A stretch of DNA of 64,000 nt from Epithemia pelagica. Lineage: Eukaryota > Protista > Bacillariophyta. The stretch covers positions 2,046,001-2,110,000 of the forward strand of contig OX337240.1 in assembly GCA_946965045.2 (NCBI GenBank), written 5' to 3'. The notes under the pieces were generated by a model. It was not told the origin of the DNA, did not search any database, and saw nothing but the letters and a program-made list of their open reading frames with translations. Shown piece after piece: positions 62,552 through 64,000 of the stretch (its first letter is position 1; each line of letters opens with the position of its first letter). Both the position numbers and the translations under genes were made by a program.

Positions 62552-62574
62552 CCCCCCCCCCCCCCCCCCCCCCC
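62552..62574 (+). repeat. Poly-C tract (23 C)
   Basis: Directly visible. Confidence 0.95.
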
Positions 62575-63659
62575 ACCGATGACCTTCCTTTCATCTCCAT
62601 TGAAGGAAAATGTCAACCAAGATTCTCATTGACTCGTCCAATGGTCTCCTATGCTTTTAACAATTCGATGATTCCCATCAAAACAGTCTACAGAATGGAA
62701 TCTTTTAACCTGGATGGCAACCCACAGTGTCAGAATTCAAGTTACAAATTCATTTGACCTTGTGGAGATTCACTGTGAAATGGGCAAGTGAGGCTTAACT
62801 ACCGGAGAGGCTTAACTGGCGCAATCTACGGTAGCATCTTTCTTGTTTTATAAAAGAGTGAGACTATTTCTAGGATGTATTACTTGCCTGATGATCATTC
62901 CAGGAATGATTTCCTGGAACTTCACTGCTACTCCAAGCGATGACAAAATGGATCAAACCACTTTCAAAAGTCATTTTGATTTTACAACGTGTCAAAGAAC
63001 AATCAACATCAAGGAAAGACTCCCAATTAGAAAAAGTATTACAAGACAAAGACTCAACAATACCAGAATTCGCATCCATATAGATGTAGTTGAAAGTTTC
63101 GAGAAGGATTGTTCCCAGTGTGATGGAGTTGTAGGATTACTTAACGGTGCTTCAATCCTTTAGAGTAGGGTCGCCCGGCGCGGAGGGTAGAATGACAAGG
63201 AGGGCAGACGTTCGAGGAGGGCGCCTGTCCAACAAGACATATGCCCCTCTAGTCATTCTCCCAACAAGCCGGGCGTCCGACGAGGAAGGAACGAGAAAAT
63301 ACAGGGGTGTAATCTGCCTACTTTTTATCTTGATATGTAGGTAGTGACTTCCGCCCGGTTTTATTATGAGTTGGGATGTTGCAAGGACAAAATATTCCTT
63401 GCGCGGTTCACCCATGATGTCGCACAATTTGCACGATTTTCTTATCCGAACAACTTCCCGGCTCAACAAAAAATCTACTGTAATAAAAAATGTGAGATTT
63501 TTGTATCTAAAAATGCCTGACCAGACATTGTGGTGGTAGCAATGGGGCGAAACAAATGACTTCGCCTTCCTTTCAGTAGGGAAACAAACGACTTTGCCTT
63601 CCTTAATGTCGACAAGACAGAATTTGTTGTTTACTCAGACTTGTTTGAAGTCAAGGAGG

Positions 63660-63979
63660 AAGACCTGTCACCCTTTCTTGGGCTTGGATAGAGTGAAATC
63701 AAATACTGGAAACAAAACCTTGAAGAGTGAACTCAAATACTGGAAACAGAATCTTGAAGAGTGATCTCAAATACTGGAAACAGAATCTTGAAGTTCTTGG
63801 ATTGAGGAAACCAGACAAGATAAGACATCAATGGAATGGTACAGTTTGATTATCTTGGAACCACATCTGTGCACAACTGGTGCTCGTAATGGCTTGGAAA
63901 GGGAAGGGTGGCACTTCAAGTTCTTCTTTGGGAACAATGGGTAAAAGAGGCAAATGGTAATATCAACTTTAGGATACAA
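63660..63979 (-). pseudogene. Homolog of the 35428-35787 unknown ORF, with an internal ~31-bp triplication
   Basis: CLFYPLFPKKNLKCHPS; caaatactggaaaca repeated three times at ~63700-63795. Confidence 0.45.
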
Positions 63980-64000
63980 CCAATTGCAGTGTTTTTTGGT

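Noticed and set aside
1-64000. tRNA, rRNA and intact spliced host genes
   Set aside because: No cloverleaf or T-loop context, no rRNA motifs and no coherent exon chain found by eye.

Overview
Eukaryotic, transposon-saturated 64 kb window. It is most likely from a diatom: this is inferred from many Ty1/copia fragments of the diatom CoDi type, diatom-type LINE motifs and a TTAGGG tract. I found no intact host gene, rRNA, tRNA or CRISPR array. The only long intact ORF (1074-4007) is a Penelope-like retroelement RT/GIY-YIG protein with a hammerhead-like core inside its 3' coding region. A complete PIF/Harbinger transposon (29252-33123; 34-bp TIRs, TCA target duplication) sits inside a LINE, and the same LINE is interrupted again by a ~340-370 bp element bounded by ACTAC direct repeats; an empty site for that element is visible in the window. 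The rest is a mosaic of short decayed fragments (copia, LINE, CRE-like, DIRS-like, Tc1-like, hAT, piggyBac, PIF1/Helitron, DUF6589-like and RAG1/Transib-like transposases) with many local tandem duplications. The most interesting items are the ACTAC element family, a TET/JBP-like dioxygenase remnant, a RAG1/Transib-like transposase pseudogene and a SET-domain remnant. All family calls come from motif recognition by eye, not database searches, and fragment boundaries are approximate.
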